DNA of 64,000 nucleotides from a virus (taxonomy: Duplodnaviria; Heunggongvirae; Uroviricota; Caudoviricetes): the IMG/VR virus record IMGVR_UViG_2541047715_000004; one strand, given 5' to 3'. The notes under the pieces are model-generated. The model did no database searches. It was not told the origin of the DNA and saw nothing but the letters and a program-made list of their open reading frames with translations. Below, piece by piece: positions 10,088 through 20,184 of this stretch. The position numbers and the translations under genes are program-made. Each line of letters starts with the position of its first letter. Position 1 is the first letter of the stretch.

Positions 10088-10104
10088 GAAAACAATTTGT
10101 TTTG
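10088..10104 (+). promoter_or_regulatory. conserved palindrome GAAAACAA-N-TTGTTTT (family 1)
   Basis: About 23-39 bp upstream of ATG 10127; recurs at 10817, 23557, 23608, 26416, 26900, 27804, 28568, 37428, 37455. Confidence 0.5.
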
Positions 10105-10126
10105 ACAAATAGCAAAAGGAAAACAC

Positions 10127-10552
10127 ATGTTAGGTTTCTTCAAAAAGAAAACTCGTAAAGCTGTTATCGAAGTCAAAAAAATGGAGAACCGTGATGCGGT
10201 TGAAGCCACCGTGTGGGGCGGGTACATGATCTCCTATGCCAACGGTACATGCGATGCAAAAGAAATTTCCATTCTTGAGAAAACAATTGCAGCTCTGCCT
10301 GCATTTTCTCCTTTTGCTGGTGAGATTGCCCAGATGAGCGCCAATATCCGCGCTCAATACGAAGCCTCACCGCGCCGTGCTAATGCCCAGGCTTTACGTG
10401 AGCTGGCGGATGTGGCCGGGACTGATGATGCAGTAGATGTACTGTGTCTGTGCCTTGATATTGCCGACCAGGACGGCATTGATGAACCAGAAGAGCAGGC
10501 GCTGAAAAAGATCGCCCAGGCGCTTCAGTTGTCACTGGATGCTTATCTCTAA
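10127..10552 (+). CDS. TerB-like domain protein
   Basis: Pattern resembles tellurite-resistance TerB; C-terminal DQDGIDEPEEQALKKIAQALQLS. Confidence 0.5.
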   Translation: MLGFFKKKTRKAVIEVKKMENRDAVEATVWGGYMISYANGTCDAKEISILEKTIAALPAFSPFAGEIAQMSANIRAQYEASPRRANAQALRELADVAGTDDAVDVLCLCLDIADQDGIDEPEEQALKKIAQALQLSLDAYL

Positions 10553-10710
10553 TGCTTGAGAGATTCCGGCTTGTGACCGTCATTGCTCTTCTGGTGATAG
10601 CGGTGTTGGTGGATTTTACGGGAAAGATGATGTCTGTCATTTCTGATGGCGTCCTCATTGGTCTGGCGATCTACTTCGCTTATCCGCTAGTCCGTAAAGC
10701 AACGTGTTAA
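10552..10710 (+). CDS. small hydrophobic protein (52 aa), coupled to TerB-like gene
   Basis: TAATG stop/start overlap; not in ORF track because shorter than 60 aa. Confidence 0.35.
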   Translation: MLERFRLVTVIALLVIAVLVDFTGKMMSVISDGVLIGLAIYFAYPLVRKATC

Positions 10711-10711
10711 T

Positions 10712-10745
10712 GACAAGGGCCAAATGGCCCTTGTGTTTCGTTGAC
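10712..10745 (+). terminator. rho-independent terminator
   Basis: CAAGGGCCAAATGGCCCTTG followed by TGTTTCGTT. Confidence 0.55.
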
Positions 10746-10816
10746 CGAAATAGAGAGTTTGCACCTTTACGTTTAGCTTGCTCCCCTTTTATGCCACATC
10801 ACAATAAAGCCAATAA

Positions 10817-10833
10817 GAAAACAACTTGTTTAA
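10817..10833 (+). promoter_or_regulatory. family 1 palindrome (GAAAACAACTTGTTTA)
   Basis: 17-33 bp upstream of ATG 10850. Confidence 0.45.
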
Positions 10834-10849
10834 GCATTAGGAAAAACAC

Positions 10850-11419
10850 ATGTGCAAGAAATGCAAAGCGATAGCTGATGAACAAAACGCCTTATTCGAA
10901 GAAATGGATGCTAATGAACTGGTCAAAATGTTAGCCATTCTTCGAGGAATAGAAGACGTTTCCATATTTGAGAGAGTGGTTACAGCACTTAATTTTGAGT
11001 CCACCTTTGAAGAGCCAACTCAGGTTGTAGCTTTAGCACATCATTTCGGTGTTCATTATCTTGCTGAAAAAGAGCGCGCTGATAAGTTGCAGGCGACTTT
11101 GGATATGGTGAGCGAGACTCAACGAACTGATGACACTAACAAGAGTGAGGCGATTATTGCCAGCAAAGATCGTGAAATTGCTGGGCTTAAATCCTCTCTA
11201 ACGATGTTGATGTCTGCGTTCAATCTTATGTCTTCTCAGGCGGGTTATAAAATGCCATCACTAAACAGCGATGATCCGATGGCCGTTCGTCAGCTTTTGG
11301 GAGCAATGGCCGACCAACTCGACGACACAAAGAGTCGCCTTGAAGACATGATGCGTGAGTTAAGCCATCGACATAACCTCGCAACACAACCACACAAAGT
11401 CTTTCAAAGCTCTAATTGA
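10850..11419 (+). CDS. hypothetical protein
   Basis: 189-aa ORF preceded by family 1 palindrome and AGGAAA RBS. Confidence 0.5.
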   Translation: MCKKCKAIADEQNALFEEMDANELVKMLAILRGIEDVSIFERVVTALNFESTFEEPTQVVALAHHFGVHYLAEKERADKLQATLDMVSETQRTDDTNKSEAIIASKDREIAGLKSSLTMLMSAFNLMSSQAGYKMPSLNSDDPMAVRQLLGAMADQLDDTKSRLEDMMRELSHRHNLATQPHKVFQSSN

Positions 11420-11473
11420 TCTGATATGGCCGCATGATCGGCCATATTGTGTTGATAAAAACAAGGGTGAAAA

Positions 11474-11755
11474 ATGGCATACGGTACAGGGATTTACAAC
11501 AATAAAGGAATTAACGTTACTGGCTTCCTTACACCTATTTTTTTTCTTGATCGATTTACGGCGTCATCAGGCTCTAAGACGTACTCTAATCCGCCACCGG
11601 GTAAATCACTACATGCCGTGTGGTCATTAATGCCTCTTAACAACGACAACTACATCAATTTACCTGTTCCAAATGTTACTATTAATGGAAATACGGTTAG
11701 TTGGTCAAATTTATATACGGGGCTTGGTTCTTACATATACACATACTGGGGATAA
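11474..11755 (+). CDS. hypothetical protein (N/G/T/Y-rich)
   Basis: AT-rich ORF. Confidence 0.35.
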   Translation: MAYGTGIYNNKGINVTGFLTPIFFLDRFTASSGSKTYSNPPPGKSLHAVWSLMPLNNDNYINLPVPNVTINGNTVSWSNLYTGLGSYIYTYWG

Positions 11756-11757
11756 TT

Positions 11758-12372
11758 ATGTTCGGGATGTCAATTACTCAATCAGATGGAAGTTTGTGGA
11801 TGAGTCCTGAATTTACTCCGCAAAATCTGATTAATAAAGGGACAATGTCTACATCTAAAGGTTCTGTTTTTCAAACATCAATCCCATCAAACAAATCATG
11901 CTTTTTCTTCATAAAAAGCAGCAATAAGGCGAACATGATGTTTATTCATGAACATAGTAACGGATACAATGCTCTCAGATTGCATCAGGTAAATGGTAGC
12001 CCCGGAACAATAACAGTTTATGCTTTTTCTGATATGGTGTTACCACATTCTGGCTATGGCATTGCCATGTATAACAGCGCAGGCGCAATGGTGTATCACG
12101 GTGAGATGATGCCCCTTGATGCAAAACTTATCACTATTACTGACCCACAATTTACAATAGATATGGGGTATCCGTGCGCAGTAATGCCTGCTATGGTTGG
12201 GGTTTATAACTATAGACGAACCGATTACGACAGACCTGTCTATGTAACTATGACCGGTGCAACTGGAAACCAAGTATATAACGGTCAATGGTATTCCGGT
12301 AATGTCACATGGGATATTAAGAAGATTTATACAAACAAAATCCTGGTTATAAATACCTCAAAGTATGATTAG
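11758..12372 (+). CDS. hypothetical protein (beta-rich, N/Y/G/T-rich)
   Basis: ATG 11758 directly after previous stop; AT-rich. Confidence 0.4.
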   Translation: MFGMSITQSDGSLWMSPEFTPQNLINKGTMSTSKGSVFQTSIPSNKSCFFFIKSSNKANMMFIHEHSNGYNALRLHQVNGSPGTITVYAFSDMVLPHSGYGIAMYNSAGAMVYHGEMMPLDAKLITITDPQFTIDMGYPCAVMPAMVGVYNYRRTDYDRPVYVTMTGATGNQVYNGQWYSGNVTWDIKKIYTNKILVINTSKYD

Positions 12373-12475
12373 CAAATACCTTTATTTAAAGGATTGCCTG
12401 TTAATTTCTATTTAGCACCTTTTCATTTTTGAAATAATTGCACTATTAAACAAATCTTTTCTTAATGGTGCAATT

Positions 12476-12952
12476 ATGAATACAGCTCTTTCCATCATCG
12501 ACGATACCAACTCAAACACTGCTATCGATTATCGTCAGGAAATGAACGTCATCCACGAAATCGTAGCCGAGTGCGAGAAAGAGATCGCCTTCATGTATCA
12601 GGTTCACGACTTCGTTTATGGCGACGAACGCCACAACATGATTAATCGCCTGCTGCAACTGAACCATCGACCAGATGAAGAACGCTCACGTTTGAATCGA
12701 GCTTGGCTGGATAAAGTCGATCTGGAATGGGTGAAACAGAATATTTGGGCCGAGTACTGGAGGAAGGTCACGGATATGACTAACGTTTTGCTGATCATGC
12801 CAGCTTCCCGTCGCGACGAGTGGCGTGAGCAGTTTATAGAGGGCAAACAGGAAGTCATCAAAACTGACAGAACCGGCTACCAGATGAAGGTTAAAGAGTT
12901 CGTTGGTGTACCTGAGTTCAAAGTGGATACAAACATCCCTACGATGGTTTGA
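12476..12952 (+). CDS. hypothetical protein
   Basis: 158-aa ORF convergent with hsdR. Confidence 0.45.
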   Translation: MNTALSIIDDTNSNTAIDYRQEMNVIHEIVAECEKEIAFMYQVHDFVYGDERHNMINRLLQLNHRPDEERSRLNRAWLDKVDLEWVKQNIWAEYWRKVTDMTNVLLIMPASRRDEWREQFIEGKQEVIKTDRTGYQMKVKEFVGVPEFKVDTNIPTMV

Positions 12953-13010
12953 TCTGACAGCTATCTGCAATTTGCACAGATGTCTGCCAGATCTGGTTCA
13001 GATTAATACA

Positions 13011-16000
13011 CTATATCTGCCCACCTACTCCTTTGAACTTTTCAATAAACGTGACGATTTTCTGGAAAACGGTCTGTTTTTTCGTTTTATATTGCGGGTT
13101 TAACGGACTAAGTTTTGGTAATGTCTCGTTTAATTCTGTGCCATTTTCGGTGGCGTATTCGCGTTTTAAAGACGTGCGAATATAGCGTTTCGCCGCCTCT
13201 TCATTGAGATTTTCTTCTTTTATCAATGCTTCTGCTTCACGTTGCTGTTCGCGTTGAGCAAACGTAAAGAATGCCTCAATGATACTGGCTTTGTCTGGTA
13301 AATCATCCAGGTTCGTTTGCTGAATAAAATCGACCACCAGGCCCTCTTTCGCCCGGTTCCCCAGGCTTGAACGAATTAAGCGTTTGACCTCTTCGATCAT
13401 TTCGCCCTTGCCTTTATTTTGTCTGTTGTGTTCGAAAATCAGTCCAAGGATATAATCCAGGTTTATTTCCTGAGACTTCAGCAAATCGACCTCAAAAACT
13501 ACGTCATCCCAGTCAGTGGTTGATTTCTCTTTTTTCTCAGCTTCTTTCTCACGGCGCTGCCAGTCGCGAATATCGTTATAGGCAGAACGATAATCCTGAA
13601 TCTTGCGTTCAGCAGGGAGACGAATTGTTTGCAATTCAGCGAACTTTTCATCATCCACATAATGTTCTGCTTTGAATTTTTCTACCGCAACAGGATCGCT
13701 AAGATCGATTTGTTGCAGGGCTTTCAGCGTGGCAAATTCATCATAGTTTTGCAGGATGTTCTCGGCACGCAGGTATTCACCAAACAGTTTTACGAAGTCT
13801 TTCTTCTCTTTTTCACTTTCAATACTGGCAGGGTCAGGGAACCGTTGTTCCAGTTCTGAAACTACTGCCATAAAGCCGCGTTTAGCTTCACCAGTGGCAG
13901 CATCTGTAAAGCCTTCCATATACTCAGCATAACTCTTTTCTAACACCACATTTTTAGTATTTTTATCACCAAACAGCGTTATGGCATCAATGGTTGAGCG
14001 TTCCAGATCCCGAAAAGTGACGATGTTACCGAAGGTTTTAGTAGCGTCATAAATGCGGTTGGTACGGGAGAATGCCTGCATCAGGCCGTGAAAACGCAAG
14101 TTTTTATCGACGAATAGCGTGTTCAATGTTGGAGCGTCGAAGCCGGTTAAAAACATCCCAACGACAATTAACAGATCGATATCCTGATTTTTAACCCGTT
14201 GGGCTAAATCACGATAGTAGTTCTGAAAACCGTTACTGTCGGTGCTGAAGTTAGTTTTAAAATAGCTGTTATACTCACGAATTGCAGCGTCAAGAAACTC
14301 TTTAGCACTGCTGTCCATTGCGCTGGTATCAAAAGTTTCATCGGAAATTTCACCAATGGCATTTTGTTCTTCATTGGCGGCAAAGGAGAAGATTGTTGCA
14401 ACACGCAGCGGTTTATAGGTAGCCGATTTATTAGCTGCTTCCTCTTGTAACCGTTTAAACGTCGCGTAATAGGCTTTCGCGGCATCCACGCTACTCACTG
14501 CCAGCATGGCATTAAAGCCTTTGGAACCTGGGAAAGTACGGTGGGTCTTCTGGCGGAAGTTATTCAGAATATATTGCGTAATTTCCTGTATACGCATGGG
14601 ATGAAGAAATGCCTGCTGATTTTCAGCCGCACTCAGTTTTTTCTCGTCGGTTTCTGTCTCTAAAGATTTAAACTGTGGCCGCACATCGTTGTAGTCCACC
14701 TTGAATTTGAGCACTTTTTCATCACGAATCGCATCGGTAATTACATACGAATGCAATTCACGACCAAATACGCTGGCGGTCGTTTCTGAGCCTAAGGCGT
14801 TTTCCGGGAAAATAGGTGTGCCGGTAAAACCAAACTGATAATAGCGTTTGAATTTCTTCTTCAGGTTTTTCTGCGCTTCTCCAAACTGGCTGCGGTGACA
14901 TTCATCAAATATAAACACCACTTGCTGATTGTATACAGGCAGGTCGCTTTCTGCTTTCATCAGGTTATTAAGTTTCTGAATAGTGGTGACGATAATTTTG
15001 TTATCGTCCTTATCCAGATTGCGTTTAAGACCTGCGGTATTTTCCGAGCCGTTGACGCTGTCTGGCGAAAAACGCTTATATTCATTCATGGTCTGGTAAT
15101 CGAGGTCTTTCCTGTCGACCACGAAGAAGACTTTATCAATAAAGTCCAGCTCTGTTGCCAGACGCGCGGCTTTAAAGCTGGTGAGGGTTTTACCTGAACC
15201 GGTAGTGTGCCAGATATACCCACCGCTTTCCGGTTTTGACCAGTTCTTCGCTGTAAAGGAACTCTTAATTTTCCACAGAATGCGCTCAGTGGCGGCAATC
15301 TGGTACGGTCGCATCACCAGTAGCGTTTGGCTAACATCGAATACGCTGTAGTTCACTAAGACATTAAGCAGGGTATGTTTCTGGAAAAAGGTGGCGGTAA
15401 AGTCTTTGAGGTCTTTAATCAGCGTGTTGTCTGATTTCGCCCAATTCATGGTGAAGTCAAAACTGTTTTTATCGCGCTTTGTCGTGTTGGCAAAGTAACG
15501 GGTATCGGTGCCGTTGGAAATGACAAACAGTTGCAGATACTTAAACAGAGAATTTTCGCTGTTAAAACTCTCTTTGCTGTAACGATGTATCTGGTTAAAG
15601 GCCTCACGAATCGCCACGCCGCGCTTTTTCAGTTCGATTTGTACCAGCGGTAAGCCATTAACCAGGATCGTGACGTCATAACGGTTAGCATGAGAACCCG
15701 TCTGTTCAAACTGCTGGATAATCTGCACCTTGTTGCGCATGAGATTCTTTTTATCTATCAAATAGATGTTCTCAAGACGCTCGTCATCAAAAATAAAGTC
15801 GCAAATATAGTCGATATGGATTTTACGGGTCTTATCCAGGATGCCATCGCTCGGGTTATCCAGATACTGCTCCGTGAAACGCCGCCATTCGCTGTCATTA
15901 AACACCACACCATTGAGGTTCTGAAGCTGTTCCCGAACGTTGGCCAGCATCGCCGACTGAGATTTTACGGAAATAAATTCATAGCCCTGATTCCGCAGAT

Positions 16001-16127
16001 CCTGAATCAGTTCACGTTCCAGGTCCGATTCGCTCTGGTAGCTGTCGCCTGTTTGCTCGGCTTTGATGTACTTATCAAGAACGATAAAGTTATTGGATTC
16101 AGCAATGGTGTGTGTCTGATGAGTCAT
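13011..16127 (-). CDS. hsdR: type I restriction enzyme R subunit, type IC (EcoR124-like)
   Basis: 1038 aa; Walker [13 protein letters not shown]-box FDECHRS, helicase motifs; N-terminus [20 protein letters not shown] matches my recollection of EcoR124 HsdR. Confidence 0.95.
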   Translation of the reverse strand: MTHQTHTIAESNNFIVLDKYIKAEQTGDSYQSESDLERELIQDLRNQGYEFISVKSQSAMLANVREQLQNLNGVVFNDSEWRRFTEQYLDNPSDGILDKTRKIHIDYICDFIFDDERLENIYLIDKKNLMRNKVQIIQQFEQTGSHANRYDVTILVNGLPLVQIELKKRGVAIREAFNQIHRYSKESFNSENSLFKYLQLFVISNGTDTRYFANTTKRDKNSFDFTMNWAKSDNTLIKDLKDFTATFFQKHTLLNVLVNYSVFDVSQTLLVMRPYQIAATERILWKIKSSFTAKNWSKPESGGYIWHTTGSGKTLTSFKAARLATELDFIDKVFFVVDRKDLDYQTMNEYKRFSPDSVNGSENTAGLKRNLDKDDNKIIVTTIQKLNNLMKAESDLPVYNQQVVFIFDECHRSQFGEAQKNLKKKFKRYYQFGFTGTPIFPENALGSETTASVFGRELHSYVITDAIRDEKVLKFKVDYNDVRPQFKSLETETDEKKLSAAENQQAFLHPMRIQEITQYILNNFRQKTHRTFPGSKGFNAMLAVSSVDAAKAYYATFKRLQEEAANKSATYKPLRVATIFSFAANEEQNAIGEISDETFDTSAMDSSAKEFLDAAIREYNSYFKTNFSTDSNGFQNYYRDLAQRVKNQDIDLLIVVGMFLTGFDAPTLNTLFVDKNLRFHGLMQAFSRTNRIYDATKTFGNIVTFRDLERSTIDAITLFGDKNTKNVVLEKSYAEYMEGFTDAATGEAKRGFMAVVSELEQRFPDPASIESEKEKKDFVKLFGEYLRAENILQNYDEFATLKALQQIDLSDPVAVEKFKAEHYVDDEKFAELQTIRLPAERKIQDYRSAYNDIRDWQRREKEAEKKEKSTTDWDDVVFEVDLLKSQEINLDYILGLIFEHNRQNKGKGEMIEEVKRLIRSSLGNRAKEGLVVDFIQQTNLDDLPDKASIIEAFFTFAQREQQREAEALIKEENLNEEAAKRYIRTSLKREYATENGTELNETLPKLSPLNPQYKTKKQTVFQKIVTFIEKFKGVGGQI

Positions 16128-16248
16128 AGCGCATCCTTTGTGCCGTCTGGCAAGGGCCGGAAGGGCTTTAAGGGCGACTTCCGGCGTGTAAAAAATAGTC
16201 TCTATATAGACCGGATGTTAAGGTGATCCGGTCGGTAGCAATGGTCAA

Positions 16249-17496
16249 TTAGTTACTGATAGTTTCAGGTTTGGGAAAACTGAACAGTAAATCACGATAG
16301 TACTCGTATTGTTTCTGGCGCAACTCGATTTCACGCGGAAGACCTTCGGTGATGGAATTGGTCAAAGCATCAAATTTATCCAGTAATTTCACTATTTTTT
16401 GTTGTTCAACTAGCGATCTTTCAGGAGAATCAGGAAATGGTACTGGTATCATAAGTTTTCTTAAGTTATCATTATAAAGTCTTTTAATAGTTCCACCTTC
16501 AGATATTCCCCATTTTGCTATTTTATAGAAATAGAATAAATATTTATTTAAAACTATTTTTTCATTATTTTCAATCCAGACAATATTGCTATCCTGGAAA
16601 TATGATTCCCTACCATCAAATATAACAGTCCTGCCGATGGTCCCACTGGCAGAAATCAATACTTCGCCAACTTTAGGATAACTATATTTTTCTTTAAATT
16701 CATTAAATAGTTTTCTAGATATATAGGAATCGGGTTCCTTACCAAATGTCCCAATTTTATAAAATGGAATCTCTCCCTCAGAAGATGTTTGTGATTTTAG
16801 GATTCGTTTACACATACGAACTTCACCAATTTCCCCCAAAGCTTTCCACTCAACCTCACCCTCTTTAAAACTCAACAACTGGTCGCGATAGTAGTTGTAT
16901 TGTTTTTTACGCATGCTAAGCTCAGCGGTAAGCTCAGCGGTAAGTGCAGTAAATTTATCCAGAATCCTGACGATTTCAGACTGGATAGCCAGCGACTTTT
17001 CCGGGTTGTTGGGGCAAGGGATGGGGATAAGTAATTTACCTATATCTTTAGCATACAAATGATAAACAGTAGAACCTTTAACCATTTGCAATATCTTTTT
17101 TTTGTTATTTATTATGAAATTACTTAGATATCTACCATCAACACCAGAGCATCTAATAATCAAAATATCGCCGCCTAAAATAACGCCACTTTCTTGAATG
17201 CAACTAGCTGTAGCCAAACCTCTTGGTGTAACGTCTGACGTTGGCATTAGAACATCATTTTTTTCAGATAGAATTGACTCATTGATTGCTTGGTTTGTTT
17301 TTGAGCATACTTTGTCAATTATGGGACCATAATGAGTGAAAAGCTCACCGTAATGAATACAATATCTATTGCCATCTGGAGTTATTTTTTCTTTAGGTAA
17401 AGACTTCCCTTTTAAAAAAGTTGCTAATTTATTTAATGCTACCCACTCAACCTCAGCCCCATCCAGCAGTTTTTCCAGATAACTCAGCTCGCTCAT
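16249..17496 (-). CDS. hsdS: type I R-M specificity subunit, type IC with two divergent TRDs
   Basis: Conserved N-terminal, central ([29 protein letters not shown]) and C-terminal ([41 protein letters not shown]) regions; AT-rich variable TRDs. Confidence 0.95.
   Translation of the reverse strand: MSELSYLEKLLDGAEVEWVALNKLATFLKGKSLPKEKITPDGNRYCIHYGELFTHYGPIIDKVCSKTNQAINESILSEKNDVLMPTSDVTPRGLATASCIQESGVILGGDILIIRCSGVDGRYLSNFIINNKKKILQMVKGSTVYHLYAKDIGKLLIPIPCPNNPEKSLAIQSEIVRILDKFTALTAELTAELSMRKKQYNYYRDQLLSFKEGEVEWKALGEIGEVRMCKRILKSQTSSEGEIPFYKIGTFGKEPDSYISRKLFNEFKEKYSYPKVGEVLISASGTIGRTVIFDGRESYFQDSNIVWIENNEKIVLNKYLFYFYKIAKWGISEGGTIKRLYNDNLRKLMIPVPFPDSPERSLVEQQKIVKLLDKFDALTNSITEGLPREIELRQKQYEYYRDLLFSFPKPETISN
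16918..16941 (-). repeat. 2 x 12-bp tandem repeat in hsdS central region, encoding TAEL-TAEL
   Basis: + strand AAGCTCAGCGGT twice, then a degenerate third copy. Confidence 0.85.
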
Positions 17497-19055
17497 GCCT
17501 GTACCTCGCTACCTTCAATCTCAGCAACAATCGCATCAATATCTTTACGCAACTGGTCGATTTTGCTGACCGTGGTTTTCAGCTCAGCATTCAGCTCAGC
17601 GATATCGATAATTTCGCGAGTATCTTTCGCTTCCACATAGCTGCTCACCGACAGGTTATAGTCATTCGCGACAACAGTCTCAAACGCAACAGATTTCGCC
17701 AGATGAGCAACATCTTCCTTGCTGGCAAATACCTGCATAATCTGTTCGATATGAGCATCGGTCAGAATGTTGTTGTTAGTCTCTTTTTTGAACAGTTCGC
17801 TGGCATCAATAAACTGAACTTTGGTATCCGTTTTATGTTTAGACAGCACCAGAATATTGACGGCAATAGTGGTGCCAAAGAACAGATTCGGTGCCAGTGA
17901 AATCACGGTTTCGACATAGTTATTGTCGACCAGATACTGACGGATTTTCTGCTCCGCGCCGCCACGGTAAAAAATGCCTGGGAAGCAGACAATCGCAGCG
18001 CGACCTTTGGCCGAAAGATAGTTCAGCGCATGTAATACAAACGCAAAGTCAGCTTTGGATTTGGGGGCCAGAACGCCAGCCGGGGCAAAACGTTCATCGT
18101 TAATCAGCGTCGGGTCATCGCTGCCAATCCATTTCACCGAATACGGCGGGTTAGAAACGATGGCATCAAACGGTTTTTCATCTCTGAAGTGCGGCTCAGT
18201 CAGTGTATTACCCAGCTTGATATCAAACTTGTCGTAGTTGATGTTGTGCAAAAACATGTTCATACGCGCCAGGTTATAGGTCGTATGGTTGATTTCCTGA
18301 CCAAAAAAACCTTCTTCGATGATATGGTCATCAAACTGTTTTTTCGCCTGCAACAACAGCGAACCGGAGCCTGCTGCCGGGTCGTAGATTTTGTTAACGT
18401 GGGTCTGCCCGTGCATAGCCAGTTGTGCAATCAGCTTAGAGACGTGCTGCGGTGTAAAGAACTCGCCGCCGGACTTACCGGCATTCGCCGCATAGTTAGA
18501 AATCAGGAACTCATAGGCGTCACCGAACAGGTCAATCTGATGTTCATGGAAGTCACCAAGTTTTAGCCCTTCAACCCCTTTCAGAACCGCAGCCAAGCGG
18601 GCATTTTTATCTTTAACGGTGTTACCCAGGCGGTTACTGGTGGTATCGAAATCAGCAAACAAACCTTTGATGTCAGCTTCTGAAGGATAACCGTAAGCAG
18701 AACTTTCGATAGCAACGAAGATGCTGTTTAAATCTGCATTCAGTCTGTCATTAGTATTTGCTTTCGCAGCTACGTTGCAGAAAAGCTGACTGGGGTAGAT
18801 GAAGTAGCCTTTAGTTTTGATGGCATCGTCTTTAATGTCATCAGTAATTACGCTGTCATCCAGTTTCGCATAACAGATACTGTCATCACCGGCTTCAATA
18901 TAACTGGAAAAATTTTCGCTGATAAAACGGTAAAAAAGCGCGCCCAAAACGTACTGCTTAAAATCCCATCCATCGACTGAACCCCTGACATCGTTAGCAA
19001 TTTGCCAGATCTGGCGATGAAGCTCTGCACGTTGTTGAATACTTGTCATTTTCAT
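17493..19055 (-). CDS. hsdM: type I R-M N6-adenine DNA methyltransferase subunit
   Basis: 520 aa; motif [14 protein letters not shown]; stop overlaps hsdS start (ATGA). Confidence 0.95.
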   Translation of the reverse strand: MKMTSIQQRAELHRQIWQIANDVRGSVDGWDFKQYVLGALFYRFISENFSSYIEAGDDSICYAKLDDSVITDDIKDDAIKTKGYFIYPSQLFCNVAAKANTNDRLNADLNSIFVAIESSAYGYPSEADIKGLFADFDTTSNRLGNTVKDKNARLAAVLKGVEGLKLGDFHEHQIDLFGDAYEFLISNYAANAGKSGGEFFTPQHVSKLIAQLAMHGQTHVNKIYDPAAGSGSLLLQAKKQFDDHIIEEGFFGQEINHTTYNLARMNMFLHNINYDKFDIKLGNTLTEPHFRDEKPFDAIVSNPPYSVKWIGSDDPTLINDERFAPAGVLAPKSKADFAFVLHALNYLSAKGRAAIVCFPGIFYRGGAEQKIRQYLVDNNYVETVISLAPNLFFGTTIAVNILVLSKHKTDTKVQFIDASELFKKETNNNILTDAHIEQIMQVFASKEDVAHLAKSVAFETVVANDYNLSVSSYVEAKDTREIIDIAELNAELKTTVSKIDQLRKDIDAIVAEIEGSEVQA

Positions 19056-19407
19056 CCACTTATTTCAGGTTTAAGTAATTGGATGTGATTCTACAGCAAC
19101 TTGGATGCTTTAGCAGTTCGGACATTAGGTAACGAATGACCTAATTAGAGCTTTTTGGAAAAGCGGTATTGTCGGTGCGATTTTAGCTATGTCTGGGTGT
19201 GCGATGGTGCAATACAATGACGGTGAAAAGGTTAGCATCCAGTTCGATGGCTGGTATTGGCTTGGATAGCCTGCCAAAAAACGCAGATAAAGCCTGTCAG
19301 CAATACGGAAAGTCTAAAGCTGTATATCTGCATAGCGCGAACGCTAACCCTCATCTTGCGCCTGGTACGGGTGTTCAGAATACCATCTGGAAATGTGAGC
19401 CTTAAAC

Positions 19408-19659
19408 ATGAGCAACTGGAACATAGCAGCCAAAAGCCAGGAAGAAAGGAATAAAGTTAACGTTGACCTGGCTGCCAGGGGGGTTGCCTACAAAGAGCGA
19501 TTGAACATACCCGTCATAGCGGAACAGGTAGCCCGTGAGCAACCTGAGAACCTGCGCACCTATTTCATGGAACGGCTACGGCACTACCGGCAGTTAAGCC
19601 TCCTGCTGCCAAAAGGAAACGATCCGGTATATCAGAAAGAAGATATAGCCAAAAAATAA
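19408..19659 (+). CDS. hypothetical protein
   Basis: 83-aa ORF between hsdM promoter region and UmuD'-like gene. Confidence 0.4.
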   Translation: MSNWNIAAKSQEERNKVNVDLAARGVAYKERLNIPVIAEQVAREQPENLRTYFMERLRHYRQLSLLLPKGNDPVYQKEDIAKK

Positions 19660-19719
19660 CGCGCCACCAGACGAGCGCAAAGCATCGCGCTATTGCACAC
19701 TTCAAGCATCTTTAATGTA

Positions 19720-19739
19720 TACTGTATGGATAAACAGTA
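19720..19739 (+). promoter_or_regulatory. LexA operator (SOS box)
   Basis: TACTGTATGGATAAACAGTA fits CTGT-N8-ACAG; 19 bp upstream of ATG 19758. Confidence 0.65.
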
Positions 19740-19757
19740 CTCTGAGGTGAAAACGCT

Positions 19758-20147
19758 ATGGGCTTCCCTTCTCCTGCGGCGGATTATGCTGAGAGCCGTA
19801 TTTCTCTTGATCAGCAGATAATTAGACATCCTTCAGCGACCTACTTCATGAGGGCAGCTGATAGTCATCATCGTGAGGGAATATTACAGGGTGCATTGCT
19901 GGTGGTCGATTCCTCACTTACCCCGGTTGATGGTTCTCTGCTTGTATGCGCTCTGGATGGGGAATATCGCGTAAAAAGATACCGGAAGTACCCACGTCAG
20001 CATCTGGAGGATTTAAGAACCGGTAAGAAGGAAGCATTGCCAAAGGATGACGATGGATGCACGGGCAGCAATGCCGTGTTTGGTGTGATCACTCACATTA
20101 TCAACGACGCAAGAAGTGGCGAGTTTGATGATTGTCCCGTGATGTAG
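19758..20147 (+). CDS. UmuD'-like S24 peptidase-fold protein lacking the cleavable N-terminal arm (HumD-like)
   Basis: Starts MGFPSPAADY, equivalent to UmuD residue Gly25; Ser (ADS) and Lys (RVKRY) dyad positions conserved; GAGGTG RBS. Confidence 0.7.
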   Translation: MGFPSPAADYAESRISLDQQIIRHPSATYFMRAADSHHREGILQGALLVVDSSLTPVDGSLLVCALDGEYRVKRYRKYPRQHLEDLRTGKKEALPKDDDGCTGSNAVFGVITHIINDARSGEFDDCPVM

Positions 20148-20158
20148 GAGAACTGATT

Positions 20159-20184
20159 AGGCGGTGCAATGCACCGCCTTTTAT
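20159..20184. terminator. bidirectional terminator between convergent UmuD'-like gene and apbC
   Basis: AGGCGGTGCAATGCACCGCCT followed by TTTAT. Confidence 0.6.

Noticed and set aside
13629-16226. Several + strand ORFs (76-178 aa) opposite hsdR
   Set aside because: Antisense to an intact, well-supported hsdR gene.
16186-16236. Intrinsic terminator between hsdS and hsdR
   Set aside because: The hairpin (16208-16232) is present but the T-tract is about 11 nt away on the minus strand; too weak to call.
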